Positions 20,856-30,041 of a stretch of DNA of 64,000 nucleotides are shown here, piece after piece. Positions within the stretch are counted from its first letter, which is position 1; each line of letters begins with the position of its first letter. Source of the stretch: a virus (taxonomy: Duplodnaviria > Caudoviricetes); IMG/VR virus record IMGVR_UViG_3300037295_000263, positions 64,001 to 128,000 of that record; one strand, written 5' to 3'. The notes beneath the pieces are model-generated. The model was not told the origin of the DNA, made no database searches, and worked only from the letters and a program-made list of their open reading frames with translations. Both the position numbers and the translations under genes were made by a program.

Positions 20856-22070
20856 ATGAAAATTGGATTTATCGGAATTGGAAAATTAGGACTACCTTGC
20901 GCAACGGCCATGTCTAAAAAAGGACATGCTATAACAGGGTATGATACTGCTAGTGTGGTGAGTGATTCGGTAAAAATAGTATCTTCGATAAAAGATTGTG
21001 TTATCGATCAAGATATAGTTTTTATAGCAGTTCCTACTCCACATGATCCTGCATACGACGGACGAGCACCTACGTCTCATTTGCCCCCCAAGGATTTCGA
21101 TTATTCCATAGTAGTCGATTGCGTTAAAGAAGCTAACAAGTACATGACTACAAATCAAATTTTAGTATTGATTAGCACAGTACTGCCAGGTAGTATTAGA
21201 AAAGAAATTGCTCCGATCATAACCAATACACGGTTTGTCTATAATCCTTATCTAATTGCAATGGGCAGTGTTGCTTGGGACATGTTAAATCCAGAAATGA
21301 TAATAATCGGAACAAAGGACGGCAACAACACGACAGACGCATCTATAATTATTGATTTTTATAAAACAATTATAGAAAATAATGCAAGAGTAGTAGTAGG
21401 CACATGGGATGAATGTGAGTGTATAAAAGTTTTTTACAATACATTTATTAGTGCTAAAATAGGTCTAGTTAATATGATACAAGATGTAGCAGTAAAACAA
21501 GGCAACATTGATGTTGATGTAGTTACTGATGCACTCGCGAAATCTACAATGCGTATAACGGGCCCGCAGTATATGACAGCGGGCATGGGAGATGGCGGAG
21601 CATGCCATCCTAGAGATAATATTGCATTAAGATATTTGTCGCAAGAGTTAGGTCTAGGCTATGATTTATTTGGTACAATTATGCAAGCTAGAGAAGTACA
21701 AGCTAAGAACTTAGCTGTAGAATTAGTTAAACATGCTAAACAACATAATATGAATATTTTTATTCACGGTAAAGCATATAAGCCCGATGTAGAATATTGT
21801 GATGGTAGCTATAGCTTATTAGTCGGGCATTATTGCAAAGAACTGGGCCATATGCCCACTTACGTCGATCCCTTAACTGGCGACGATATAGACAGCGTGT
21901 ATGGCGTGATTTTACTAGCACACAATCGTAATATCACATACAATTATGCCAACGGCAATCAAGCTTTTTATTGTACGATTGAAAAAGGGTCAATTGTTGT
22001 TGACCCTTGGAGAACTGCAATAATACCCGATGTAACTCTTATATATTACGGTAACACTCGATTACAATAA
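20856..22070 (+). CDS. ugd: UDP-glucose/GDP-mannose dehydrogenase family protein
   Basis: GIGKLG Rossmann motif, FIAVPTP, KVFYNTF, GGACHPRD catalytic Cys, AYKPD C-domain. Confidence 0.85.
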   Translation: MKIGFIGIGKLGLPCATAMSKKGHAITGYDTASVVSDSVKIVSSIKDCVIDQDIVFIAVPTPHDPAYDGRAPTSHLPPKDFDYSIVVDCVKEANKYMTTNQILVLISTVLPGSIRKEIAPIITNTRFVYNPYLIAMGSVAWDMLNPEMIIIGTKDGNNTTDASIIIDFYKTIIENNARVVVGTWDECECIKVFYNTFISAKIGLVNMIQDVAVKQGNIDVDVVTDALAKSTMRITGPQYMTAGMGDGGACHPRDNIALRYLSQELGLGYDLFGTIMQAREVQAKNLAVELVKHAKQHNMNIFIHGKAYKPDVEYCDGSYSLLVGHYCKELGHMPTYVDPLTGDDIDSVYGVILLAHNRNITYNYANGNQAFYCTIEKGSIVVDPWRTAIIPDVTLIYYGNTRLQ

Positions 22071-22367
22071 TTTCTTAGTTTGATCTTCGATGCTACTTTT
22101 TATTTTTTCAACATTAATTTTAAAATTTAGCTTGACAATTTCTGTATGATATTCCTGAAATGTTTCTGTTAAATTGTTAGATACATTAACGTCGTCGTGC
22201 AGCAACAGTTGTTCTTTAATGTCAAATTCCCAGATTCTGCCATCTGCAAACTCTAATTGCATAGATTCTAAATAAGTCACAGGTACAGAGCTTATTTGCA
22301 AATCTTCAAATATGTTAGGCCAGTCTGACAAAAAATTTTGAAGAAGTTGGTTATCTATTTTAGGCAT
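22062..22367 (-). CDS. Hypothetical protein
   Basis: 101 aa ORF overlapping the upstream gene in the same operon. Confidence 0.6.
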   Translation of the reverse strand: MPKIDNQLLQNFLSDWPNIFEDLQISSVPVTYLESMQLEFADGRIWEFDIKEQLLLHDDVNVSNNLTETFQEYHTEIVKLNFKINVEKIKSSIEDQTKKLL

Positions 22368-22974
22368 CTGCTGATTGCTTAACTTTAACTGGTTTTTTAA
22401 CTGGCGGATCTAGATCATCTGCTTGTTTTCTTAATTTAGCTGCTTCTTTGTACATGGAATCTGCTTGACTTCTAAAAGACTTAGCTAAGTCAGAATCCGA
22501 CAACACAGCAGGCTCGTTATTTACAACAGCAGCTTCTGGTTCTGTAACTGGAACAGGTGATTCAGATTTTGCTTTTGGCGAACCCGATGTTAATGCAGGC
22601 AGCTCATCTAATGCAATTCCTTTTTGTTCAGCAATTAGTGCATTTAGTTCGCTAAGAGGAATCTCATGACCGGCCGTAGGAGTCACTAAAATATTAGAAG
22701 TAGGAACTTTGTGCAACCGACCATCTTGTTGCATTGCAGTTAACATAAGGCGTCCGTCGGGGAAATGGCGAATAAACATAATTTCACCAAATTCATATGC
22801 GTCTTGGCCTTGGTCACTATCTACTAATTGTATCAGAGCATCGTGGTATGCATCTGGTACAGTGGCAGTTGGTAAAACCAATGCATTTCCAGTATCACCT
22901 GGCAAGCATCTGAATACTATTATTACCTTTGACCCAGTATTTTTTATTTTTCCTATATGCTTAATAGTTTTCAT
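22360..22974 (-). CDS. Hypothetical protein
   Basis: 204 aa; GGAGG RBS; globular N-part, P/E linker, C-terminal coiled coil. Confidence 0.7.
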   Translation of the reverse strand: MKTIKHIGKIKNTGSKVIIVFRCLPGDTGNALVLPTATVPDAYHDALIQLVDSDQGQDAYEFGEIMFIRHFPDGRLMLTAMQQDGRLHKVPTSNILVTPTAGHEIPLSELNALIAEQKGIALDELPALTSGSPKAKSESPVPVTEPEAAVVNNEPAVLSDSDLAKSFRSQADSMYKEAAKLRKQADDLDPPVKKPVKVKQSADA

Positions 22975-23210
22975 TCTACCTCCTTTTTAGCTGCAATTGC
23001 ATCTAAAAATGATGACAATTTGTTAAACATTTTTCCTACTGCTTCCATCTCAGCAGCTTTAAATGCTCCGCGCTGACTAGCAAGATCGATAATGTTACGT
23101 ATCAAAACTAAATCATTAATGTTTAAATCAACCGGTTGTTGTGCAGGTTGACCGGCTGGTTGTTGTGTTTCCACCTCAGTGGTAGTTTGGGTTTCTTGCG
23201 TGTCTTTCAT
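22971..23210 (-). CDS. Hypothetical protein
   Basis: 79 aa; AGGAG RBS; Q/T/P-rich N-terminus. Confidence 0.7.
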   Translation of the reverse strand: MKDTQETQTTTEVETQQPAGQPAQQPVDLNINDLVLIRNIIDLASQRGAFKAAEMEAVGKMFNKLSSFLDAIAAKKEVE

Positions 23211-23212
23211 TT

Positions 23213-23488
23213 TTATCTCCTAAAATGTGGGCAAGCTAACATAAAGTATGTCATCTCTTTGTGGTCTTCGAATGCTACAACTAATGCAACACTTAACCGA
23301 CCGTTACTATCAATTGCAGGTATATTTAACAATGCATACCTATTCCTTAATCGAACTCTGATCCAATCGTCAATACTGTCATCTGTATTATCCAGGCTGT
23401 AGTATTTGATTTTGAATTTAGAAAAATGACTTGGAATAATATCCAATTTTCTTTTCTTAACAACACCAAGTTCGTTAATTTCTAGCAT
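23213..23488 (-). CDS. Hypothetical protein (candidate leaderless late gene)
   Basis: 91 aa; ATG lies 5 nt after TTAAATA. Confidence 0.65.
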   Translation of the reverse strand: MLEINELGVVKKRKLDIIPSHFSKFKIKYYSLDNTDDSIDDWIRVRLRNRYALLNIPAIDSNGRLSVALVVAFEDHKEMTYFMLACPHFRR

Positions 23489-23493
23489 ACAAA

Positions 23494-23500
23494 TATTTAA
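23494..23500 (-). promoter_or_regulatory. Late-like motif TTAAATA
   Basis: 5 nt before ATG 23488. Confidence 0.55.
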
Positions 23501-23522
23501 CCTTTTTTAATTAACAGAGTAT

Positions 23523-23927
23523 TTAATCTTGATTAATACGATTAGCGACAGATTTGGCTAGACCAAATTTTCTAACATCTCCGCTAAAGAGATACAATTC
23601 AAATGCTGATTTTTCTGAAATCACAGTCACTGATCGTTTATCGATAAAAAATGGAGTATTTAAATATTGGTCTAGCCAAATTATTATTTGAGGAGTAAAG
23701 TTAAATTCTGGAGGAAGATCTATTTTATAGACTTTTATGTCTGAGTACTTTGTGATAAATTCTAATCCTTTTTCGGTTAGTCTTAATCCTCCGATTGGTT
23801 TATTTCGATAACTATACCAAAATACTGGTTTGTATTTTTCTATAGATTCTTTGTCAAAATTTAAACCAGCAGATTCTAAAAATACTTTTGTATATTGATC
23901 TTTAAAGTTAAGTAATTCTTTCGCCAT
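23523..23927 (-). CDS. Hypothetical protein
   Basis: 134 aa ORF in the minus-strand operon. Confidence 0.65.
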   Translation of the reverse strand: MAKELLNFKDQYTKVFLESAGLNFDKESIEKYKPVFWYSYRNKPIGGLRLTEKGLEFITKYSDIKVYKIDLPPEFNFTPQIIIWLDQYLNTPFFIDKRSVTVISEKSAFELYLFSGDVRKFGLAKSVANRINQD

Positions 23928-24192
23928 TAGTAAGTTTATATACTGAAAAATCGGTTGTTTTAAATAATTTATTTAATTTTTTTGACAAATTAAATGCATG
24001 TCCGGGGTTACTGAATGAAACTTTTTTATATTTAGGCCCAATGGAATTTGCAATTAAACTACCACTTTTTAAATTAAACGGTTTTCCTTGAAAAAATACA
24101 GCCCAAATAGCTTCGCTTTCTAATACTTGTTCTATTTTGTAAGTTTGTTTGTTAGCATATTCTAAAATTACGGTGGGTTTTGGGCGACTCAT
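23908..24192 (-). CDS. Hypothetical protein
   Basis: Start moved to ATG 24192 (MSRPKPT...), which follows an AAGGA RBS. Confidence 0.65.
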   Translation of the reverse strand: MSRPKPTVILEYANKQTYKIEQVLESEAIWAVFFQGKPFNLKSGSLIANSIGPKYKKVSFSNPGHAFNLSKKLNKLFKTTDFSVYKLTNGERIT

Positions 24193-24223
24193 ATGTATAT
24201 TATTCCTTAAAACTACATACACA

Positions 24224-24231
24224 TATTTATC
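24224..24231 (-). promoter_or_regulatory. Late-like motif GATAAATA
   Basis: Intergenic, upstream of the RBS for 24192. Confidence 0.55.
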
Positions 24232-24234
24232 TTT

Positions 24235-24480
24235 TTAAAACCCACCACCGTCAAATTTTACCTCTATGGTTTCTGACGTACCTATTTTTTTAAGACTTTC
24301 ATTAATTTCGTTAATAGTAGACGCTAATTTAGAAGTCAGTAGGCTAATTTCTAAAGTTAATTCTCTCGCTTCTTGAATTGTTATACGAATTTCTTTTTGC
24401 TGACTACGCTCCGCGGAAGAAATTCTGTTTAATAATTTTTCAATAGTTGGTAGTGTAGTTGGTATATTATTTTGGAGCAT
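24235..24480 (-). CDS. Hypothetical protein
   Basis: 81 aa, helical/coiled-coil; overlaps the upstream gene. Confidence 0.6.
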   Translation of the reverse strand: MLQNNIPTTLPTIEKLLNRISSAERSQQKEIRITIQEARELTLEISLLTSKLASTINEINESLKKIGTSETIEVKFDGGGF

Positions 24481-24946
24481 TGCTTAATACCTGTTTCATT
24501 TCTATTTCAGTTTTAAAAGGACCTCGATAATCGTAACGTTGCAAGGTAATTAATTTTGGACAAAAACTTTTAACCCAACCTTTGTCGAATTTAATAATAT
24601 AGTATCCAGCACAGTACAAACTTTTACTATCTTGGCTTTTAGTAAACAATGGAAGTTTGCGTTTAACATCGAACATTGTATTATGTGGAGTAACACTTGT
24701 TGAAAATCCATGTATAATGTTTGGCGTTACATTTGCAGTTGCTTCTTTAATAATTTTGGCAACAAAGAAATTATTTCCGAATTGTTTTAGTAAACTTTGT
24801 TTATTATTATATATCTTAATACCTAATTCGTTACTCATAACAAAACGATTGTCTTCCTCTCGTCTAAGGGTAGCAAACTTTTCACCGTCTAACTCAACTA
24901 CCCAGAATTTTTCTGGGATAATAGGCTTTGCTTGTAATTCGTTCAT
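24467..24946 (-). CDS. Hypothetical protein
   Basis: 159 aa; ATGA-type overlap with the exonuclease gene. Confidence 0.65.
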   Translation of the reverse strand: MNELQAKPIIPEKFWVVELDGEKFATLRREEDNRFVMSNELGIKIYNNKQSLLKQFGNNFFVAKIIKEATANVTPNIIHGFSTSVTPHNTMFDVKRKLPLFTKSQDSKSLYCAGYYIIKFDKGWVKSFCPKLITLQRYDYRGPFKTEIEMKQVLSNAPK

Positions 24947-25929
24947 TTAACATATCTCGCGTTTAAAGGTTCAGCATAACTTTGTGCTTGATCCGAAATC
25001 TTTTTTAAATCATATAATTGGCAAAATTTTAATAACCTTATGCCTACTTGATTAACATTTTTAATATCCACTGCTACCGATTGTACAGTTTCATTAATTA
25101 TAGCACGAATATTTTCAGGTTGTGCAGATAAATCAATCAAACGGCAGTTTCTATCATAGTCATCTAAAACGCGATGCTCTACATTGTTATGGTCTACCCA
25201 TCTTTGCAACATTAAGTTATTCCACGCGAATCCTTTAGATTTGCGATCATCGAACGCCTCGGTCAGCCCTACTTTTTTACTAGAACCTTTTGTTCTGACT
25301 CCAGGATAAGCACTAAACACATTATCGCTAGAATCTCCACGCATACATTTTTCAAATAATAACCATTCAGGATTAGGAGCAGTTTTCGGTAACTTGGTTT
25401 TATTATCGATAATATCTTTTCCTTTATCGTCAACATATCCGGTATGAGATATAGTGGTCTCCGAAACTCCGTTGTATTGTTTTACATTAGGGGAAATTAG
25501 CTGTAAGAAATCTGTATCTGTACTGATAATAATATGCTGATCTTCTGGATGATTCTGTATCCATCCAGCAATCAAATCATCTGCTTCTAGTTGAGGATGT
25601 TGCAACACTGTACAATTTGTTTTATCTCGGATAAAGTCTTTAAAAGTATCAAACGCTTCCCAGAATACTGTCTCTTCGTCTGCTTCTTTTTCAGTGTGAG
25701 CTGCACGAGCAGCAGCTCGCTGAGCTTTGTACGGAGTGTAAAAATCTTTACGCCAGCTTCTGCCTTCTAAACAAAATACAACATGAGAACCATCGAATTT
25801 TTGCCAAGCTTTTCGCATCGAATTGAGTGTAATATGGAATGCCATACCTAGTTTAATATCTGCATCACCGTTAATAGCATGCCGGGCTCTGAAGAAGGTA
25901 TTTGCAAGATCAATTAATATATATGTCAT
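24943..25929 (-). CDS. rnh: T4-type RNase H / 5'-3' exonuclease (FEN family)
   Basis: LIDLAN, VFCLEG..WRK.FY..YK, LEADDLIA, IISTDTDFLQL, GDSSDNV. Confidence 0.85.
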   Translation of the reverse strand: MTYILIDLANTFFRARHAINGDADIKLGMAFHITLNSMRKAWQKFDGSHVVFCLEGRSWRKDFYTPYKAQRAAARAAHTEKEADEETVFWEAFDTFKDFIRDKTNCTVLQHPQLEADDLIAGWIQNHPEDQHIIISTDTDFLQLISPNVKQYNGVSETTISHTGYVDDKGKDIIDNKTKLPKTAPNPEWLLFEKCMRGDSSDNVFSAYPGVRTKGSSKKVGLTEAFDDRKSKGFAWNNLMLQRWVDHNNVEHRVLDDYDRNCRLIDLSAQPENIRAIINETVQSVAVDIKNVNQVGIRLLKFCQLYDLKKISDQAQSYAEPLNARYVK

Positions 25930-26384
25930 TGGTTATTCTTTTTAATAGAGTTAATGTCGATAACTCCGGTGTTAATATCGGGTCCGCCGTAATCACCATC
26001 GACTACTACGTTAGCACATAATTCTCTAAACCATCTATCAATTATTTCTTCCTCATTATCGTCTTCTACTCCGTATCCCTCGCTAATTAACTTAGCTATA
26101 AAGAAAGTATTCCAGTCGAGCTCGAAAAATCCATTTCTTACATTATCTTTATTGACTTGTGTATCAAGTACACTTACCCAGGGTTCTTTTTTTCGAGTAG
26201 CACGATCTTTGAGGCTTAATCCTGCAACAACAGTAGCTTCTTCGGCAATTTTTCTTGCAAGTTCTGCTTCGAGTGCTGCTTGGTTAGCTTCCTTTGCAAG
26301 TGCAATAGCATCTTCTACTTCTTTAAGAGCTGATTCTTTTATTTTGTCAAGCCCTAGCCATTTTTCAATAAATTGTTTAAACAT
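25926..26384 (-). CDS. Hypothetical protein
   Basis: 152 aa; N-terminal Ala/Glu coiled coil. Confidence 0.65.
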   Translation of the reverse strand: MFKQFIEKWLGLDKIKESALKEVEDAIALAKEANQAALEAELARKIAEEATVVAGLSLKDRATRKKEPWVSVLDTQVNKDNVRNGFFELDWNTFFIAKLISEGYGVEDDNEEEIIDRWFRELCANVVVDGDYGGPDINTGVIDINSIKKNNQ

Positions 26385-26847
26385 GATTGCGTTCCTTTGT
26401 TTCTTGTGTCAGTTTAGACACCAATAAAAAATTATTAAATGCAATTTTAACAGAATCATTTGTTAATAGCAAATTAGCTTGCTTTTGCATTTCGTCGATG
26501 CCCGTCTGAGCAATTTCGTGTATAGATTTTTTTTGCAATGTAGATGATTGTTCACCGAACGAATCTGACAATCTTTTCCATGCTTCTTGTTGCTCAGCAG
26601 TAATAGGTTCACGACTGGGACTAAACTTTGAAGATTCTAGCAATGCTTCTTCTATACTTTGTCGAGCATACAATCCAGCTGCAACCATCGGAGCGAATGC
26701 AGGGTCGACAACTTTTATTGTGGAAGTGCAGCCTGGACGGACTGAAATTAAATAGTCACCGTATTTGCGACTGTCTAATAATTCGTCATTATACTCAGAC
26801 ACCGGAACGTATCTTTTTCCAACTTTCTCGTAAAATATTTTTTTCAT
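26377..26847 (-). CDS. Hypothetical protein (candidate leaderless early gene)
   Basis: ATG 26847 (MKKIFYEK) is the 7th nt after a TATACT -10 box. Confidence 0.6.
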   Translation of the reverse strand: MKKIFYEKVGKRYVPVSEYNDELLDSRKYGDYLISVRPGCTSTIKVVDPAFAPMVAAGLYARQSIEEALLESSKFSPSREPITAEQQEAWKRLSDSFGEQSSTLQKKSIHEIAQTGIDEMQKQANLLLTNDSVKIAFNNFLLVSKLTQETKERNHV

Positions 26848-26853
26848 AAAATT

Positions 26854-26881
26854 AGTATACAATTATTTTAAAATTTGTCAA
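26854..26881 (-). promoter_or_regulatory. Sigma70-type promoter TTGACA-N16-TATACT
   Basis: Read directly from the sequence; ATG 26847 at about +1. Confidence 0.7.
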
Positions 26882-26966
26882 GTACTGCGTACACCGCTAC
26901 TGCAATAAATGTTAACTGTAATAGTTGTGCTGTAATAATAATAACATAATCGGCAAATAGTTTCAT
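26868..26966 (-). CDS. Small hydrophobic peptide (32 aa, below the ORF track cutoff)
   Basis: Translated by hand: MKLFADYVIIITAQLLQLTFIAVAVYAVLDKF; AAGGA upstream; one predicted TM segment. Confidence 0.5.
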   Translation of the reverse strand: MKLFADYVIIITAQLLQLTFIAVAVYAVLDKF

Positions 26967-26968
26967 GT

Positions 26969-27211
26969 TTAAGTCCTTTTTAAGTTCCATATTAGGAATT
27001 CGTTTTTATCCAGCCAATAAGTATTGAAAAATGCTCCGCCTGGCCCTACTACTAGACTACTACCATTGTACGCTCGACGCAACCATAAAAGTTTCCCTGT
27101 TAAAAAGCATTTTTGGGGAAATATACAAAATTTTAATTTCCACCCAACCGATCTACTCAACTCCCAATGTTGCTGTCTTGCAGAGTTATTGAATTGTGAA
27201 TCTAGCGGCAT
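26969..27211 (-). CDS. Hypothetical protein
   Basis: 80 aa; TAATG overlap with the small upstream ORF. Confidence 0.6.
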   Translation of the reverse strand: MPLDSQFNNSARQQHWELSRSVGWKLKFCIFPQKCFLTGKLLWLRRAYNGSSLVVGPGGAFFNTYWLDKNEFLIWNLKRT

Positions 27212-27387
27212 TATACGTTGATCAACTGTACTAAATCAGTTAAGGTTTCGTTGTTAATTTCGAAAACATGCATGCCTTGTTCGTTAGTAGCATACCGCAA
27301 TAATACTGTACGAAGATCACCAAGATCCGTTACAAAGTTAATTTCGACACCAGAATGTCCGTTTGTTTCGACTAGTTTAGCTTTCAT
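27211..27387 (-). CDS. Small hypothetical protein (58 aa, not in the ORF track)
   Basis: Translated by hand: MKAKLVETNGHSGVEINF...LINV; strong AAGGAG RBS; stop overlaps the next ATG. Confidence 0.7.
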   Translation of the reverse strand: MKAKLVETNGHSGVEINFVTDLGDLRTVLLRYATNEQGMHVFEINNETLTDLVQLINV

Positions 27388-27412
27388 TTTACTTCTCCTT
27401 TTAATTTATTCA

Positions 27413-28273
27413 TTACGTACCCCATTCGTTCTTGAACAAAGGAACTTGAAGCCTATCACTGTATCGCAAGCCGTGTTTCATTGCCAAGTCCGCCACTTTA
27501 CGATTGTTCAATGCGTAAACACTTTCCACACCACCTACTGGCATTAGATAAATGTGTCCTCTAAACCCAGCTTCACGATACTCTTTAACAGCAAGTCTAG
27601 CATCTGCAAAGTCCTGATCTGTAGCGATTACAAATTTTAAATAAGCAGTACCGACTCGTTCATATTCGCAAACCACATCAGGTCTAATTGCATCTACCCA
27701 TGCTTCGCCTGAACAGGGTAATTTAGCACTCACCGAAAATGTAATTTCACGTTGATGTTTTGGTAATCCTTTCCATACTGTTAAGTAATGTTTAAATTCT
27801 TCAGTTAACTTTTGAGTACCATTTGTTTCAAATGTAATTTCTTTTAAGCCATACATTTTTTCATGATCCAGTAGATCAGGAAATGCACGTTGCCATCCTA
27901 ACAACGGCTCTCCGCCTGTAATAACCAAGTGTTCATCACGCCATTCTTTAAACGGAAGTATTTCGGCAATCCGATCTGCAATAGCATCACTTGTTAGCAT
28001 AGGACTCAACTCTTTAAAATCAGGATGCCAAGATGCGTAACTATCGCAGCCCGTGCTAACAAGCGGCAAGTCTTCGTACTTAAAAAATGTCTCAATCTTT
28101 TTATGTGTGTGTGCTACTTCATCTGCTTCTGTGCTAAGTTCACCACGCGGCATACCGAATCCCGAGCAGGTAAAATTACACCCGAATGTACGCAGAAATA
28201 CACTAGGGACGCCCATATAACGTCCTTCGCCTTGTATACTGTAGAACAGCTCTGCTATTTTAATTTTGCTCAT
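27413..28273 (-). CDS. queE: 7-carboxy-7-deazaguanine synthase QueE (radical SAM), atypical Cys spacing
   Basis: ELFYSIQGEGRYMGVPSVFLRTFGCNFTC...GCDS, ITGGEP, ETNGT, SVSAK, RLQVPLF. Confidence 0.85.
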   Translation of the reverse strand: MSKIKIAELFYSIQGEGRYMGVPSVFLRTFGCNFTCSGFGMPRGELSTEADEVAHTHKKIETFFKYEDLPLVSTGCDSYASWHPDFKELSPMLTSDAIADRIAEILPFKEWRDEHLVITGGEPLLGWQRAFPDLLDHEKMYGLKEITFETNGTQKLTEEFKHYLTVWKGLPKHQREITFSVSAKLPCSGEAWVDAIRPDVVCEYERVGTAYLKFVIATDQDFADARLAVKEYREAGFRGHIYLMPVGGVESVYALNNRKVADLAMKHGLRYSDRLQVPLFKNEWGT

Positions 28274-28541
28274 AAATTTTTGACCATTGTTTAAGTTTTT
28301 CTTTCTTAGATGCTTTTGCTCTATCTAAGTTGCTTTGCTGAATTACCTCTTGCTCTAATAAAAGGTCAATCATTGCCAGCATGTCTCCTAGTTCTTCCTC
28401 TAAATGTTCTAGATTTGTCTTGGATTTATTTAGTTTAAAATTGTCTAATCCAAACCGCCTGCATTTACTAATTGCCTGGATAACTTCTGCACATTCTTCT
28501 TGTAGAATGTCTAAAGTTTCTTGATTAAATGTTTTATTCAT
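28260..28541 (-). CDS. MazG-like NTP pyrophosphohydrolase
   Basis: LQEECAEVIQAISK...LEEELGDMLAM acidic metal-binding pattern. Confidence 0.75.
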   Translation of the reverse strand: MNKTFNQETLDILQEECAEVIQAISKCRRFGLDNFKLNKSKTNLEHLEEELGDMLAMIDLLLEQEVIQQSNLDRAKASKKEKLKQWSKIYEQN

Positions 28542-29017
28542 AGTTTAGTGTACACGGATCTTTCAATTTGTTCAACCGAAACTCCACTTTTCCTTAAAAA
28601 TTCTATTCCTTCTTGGCTGCGATAATCATTGCTGTAGAATACACGTTTAATGCCGGATTGTGATATTAATTTAGCACAATCGATACACGGACTATGTGTT
28701 ATAAACATATCTGCATCCTGCGCACTAATTGTTGATTTAGCAATCTTGCTAATTGCATTAGATTCTGCATGCAGCACTTCCGGCTTCGTCTTTAATTCAA
28801 CAGTTCGCATCATATTAATTACTTCGCTATATACTGTTTCGAATTCGGCAATCACGTCTTCGCAGTTATTATCCCATCCACTCGGAGTACCATTATATCC
28901 GTAAGTCACTACATCGTCTTTAACAATAACTGCACCGACTTTCAGTCTTCGAGCGTAGCTAAGATCAGCTATTCTATGTGCTATATCCATATATGCCAGT
29001 ACAAATTTTTGCTTCAT
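28538..29017 (-). CDS. dCMP deaminase (ComEB/T4 cd-like)
   Basis: KVGAVIVK, GYNGTP, HAESNAI, PCIDC zinc motif. Confidence 0.9.
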   Translation of the reverse strand: MKQKFVLAYMDIAHRIADLSYARRLKVGAVIVKDDVVTYGYNGTPSGWDNNCEDVIAEFETVYSEVINMMRTVELKTKPEVLHAESNAISKIAKSTISAQDADMFITHSPCIDCAKLISQSGIKRVFYSNDYRSQEGIEFLRKSGVSVEQIERSVYTKL

Positions 29018-29238
29018 TATTTTTGATACTCTTTAGATTCTTTAGGAAGGCTATCGTGTTTTACTGTAAATTCTAAGCCCGCCATTTTGCCAATGTACGC
29101 ATTATTTTTATAAAACATGCTAACCTTGACGGTGTTGACTGCTACTTCTAATAGCTTTAATGGCTTGTAATTTAAAACATATCCGTCGACGGATTGTCCG
29201 TTATCAGTGCAATGCACTTGTACTTTTGCATCTATCAT
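29017..29238 (-). CDS. Hypothetical protein
   Basis: 73 aa; TAATG overlaps on both sides. Confidence 0.65.
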   Translation of the reverse strand: MIDAKVQVHCTDNGQSVDGYVLNYKPLKLLEVAVNTVKVSMFYKNNAYIGKMAGLEFTVKHDSLPKESKEYQK

Positions 29239-29975
29239 TAATATACTCCTTTTCCGACAGCAGATTGCTGTAGTTTAATGTTATCGAAAAACTCTTTCTT
29301 TGTAGCTGAGTCATTTTTAAATGCTCCTCTCAGAATAGTAGTTTGTGTTAATGAGCTTGTAGCCATAATTCCTCGATTTGTACAACATCCGTGTTCTGCT
29401 CCTATATGCACGCCGACATCGCTGGATCCAGTACAGCGCATAATTTCACGAGCGATATCCATAGCTAATTCTTCTTGTAGTGTTCCTCTGCGCGAACACC
29501 ATTGCGCTAGCCGAGAATATTTACTGAGACCGATCAGTGTATCGGCCGCAAGGATCCCAATGTATGCAACACCAGTTACTGGTTGATGATGGTGACTGCA
29601 TATACTTTTTAGTTCGCTACGCACTACCAACATGCCTTCATATCTGTCTATTGTATTATTAGGAAAGGCTGTTGCGTCTGGTGCTGGATCATAACGACCA
29701 GCCATAATTTCGTTAAAATACATTTTTGCCAATCGCCGTGCAGTACCTTTTGAATTAGGGTCGTTTTCGCGGTCAATTAAAAGTGCATCCAATACACCTT
29801 CGAACGCTTTTGCAGCATCATCGATTAATATTTCTTTATCTTCGGCATTAATATACTCGCTGATGTTATCTCCTGCCCAGAATCTTTTACCATCTCGCTG
29901 CATAGCCATTCGAATTGCGCCACCGAGATACGATTCTGTGTATCCGTTGTTGTCTAGATCTTTGCTGATATCCAA
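29238..29975 (-). CDS. folE: GTP cyclohydrolase I FolE
   Basis: TARRLAKMY, SICSHHHQP, GLSKYSR, QEEL, AEHGCCTNRG; TTG start after GGAG. Confidence 0.9.
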   Translation of the reverse strand: MDISKDLDNNGYTESYLGGAIRMAMQRDGKRFWAGDNISEYINAEDKEILIDDAAKAFEGVLDALLIDRENDPNSKGTARRLAKMYFNEIMAGRYDPAPDATAFPNNTIDRYEGMLVVRSELKSICSHHHQPVTGVAYIGILAADTLIGLSKYSRLAQWCSRRGTLQEELAMDIAREIMRCTGSSDVGVHIGAEHGCCTNRGIMATSSLTQTTILRGAFKNDSATKKEFFDNIKLQQSAVGKGVY

Positions 29976-30012
29976 TTATTATTCTCCGAGTTTATTTTGG
30001 GTCTAACTTTAT

Positions 30013-30041
30013 AGTATATAACTTTATTTCGGGGAGGTCAA
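30013..30041 (-). promoter_or_regulatory. Sigma70-type promoter TTGACC-N17-TATACT
   Basis: Upstream of the folE-dCMP deaminase-mazG-queE run. Confidence 0.7.
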
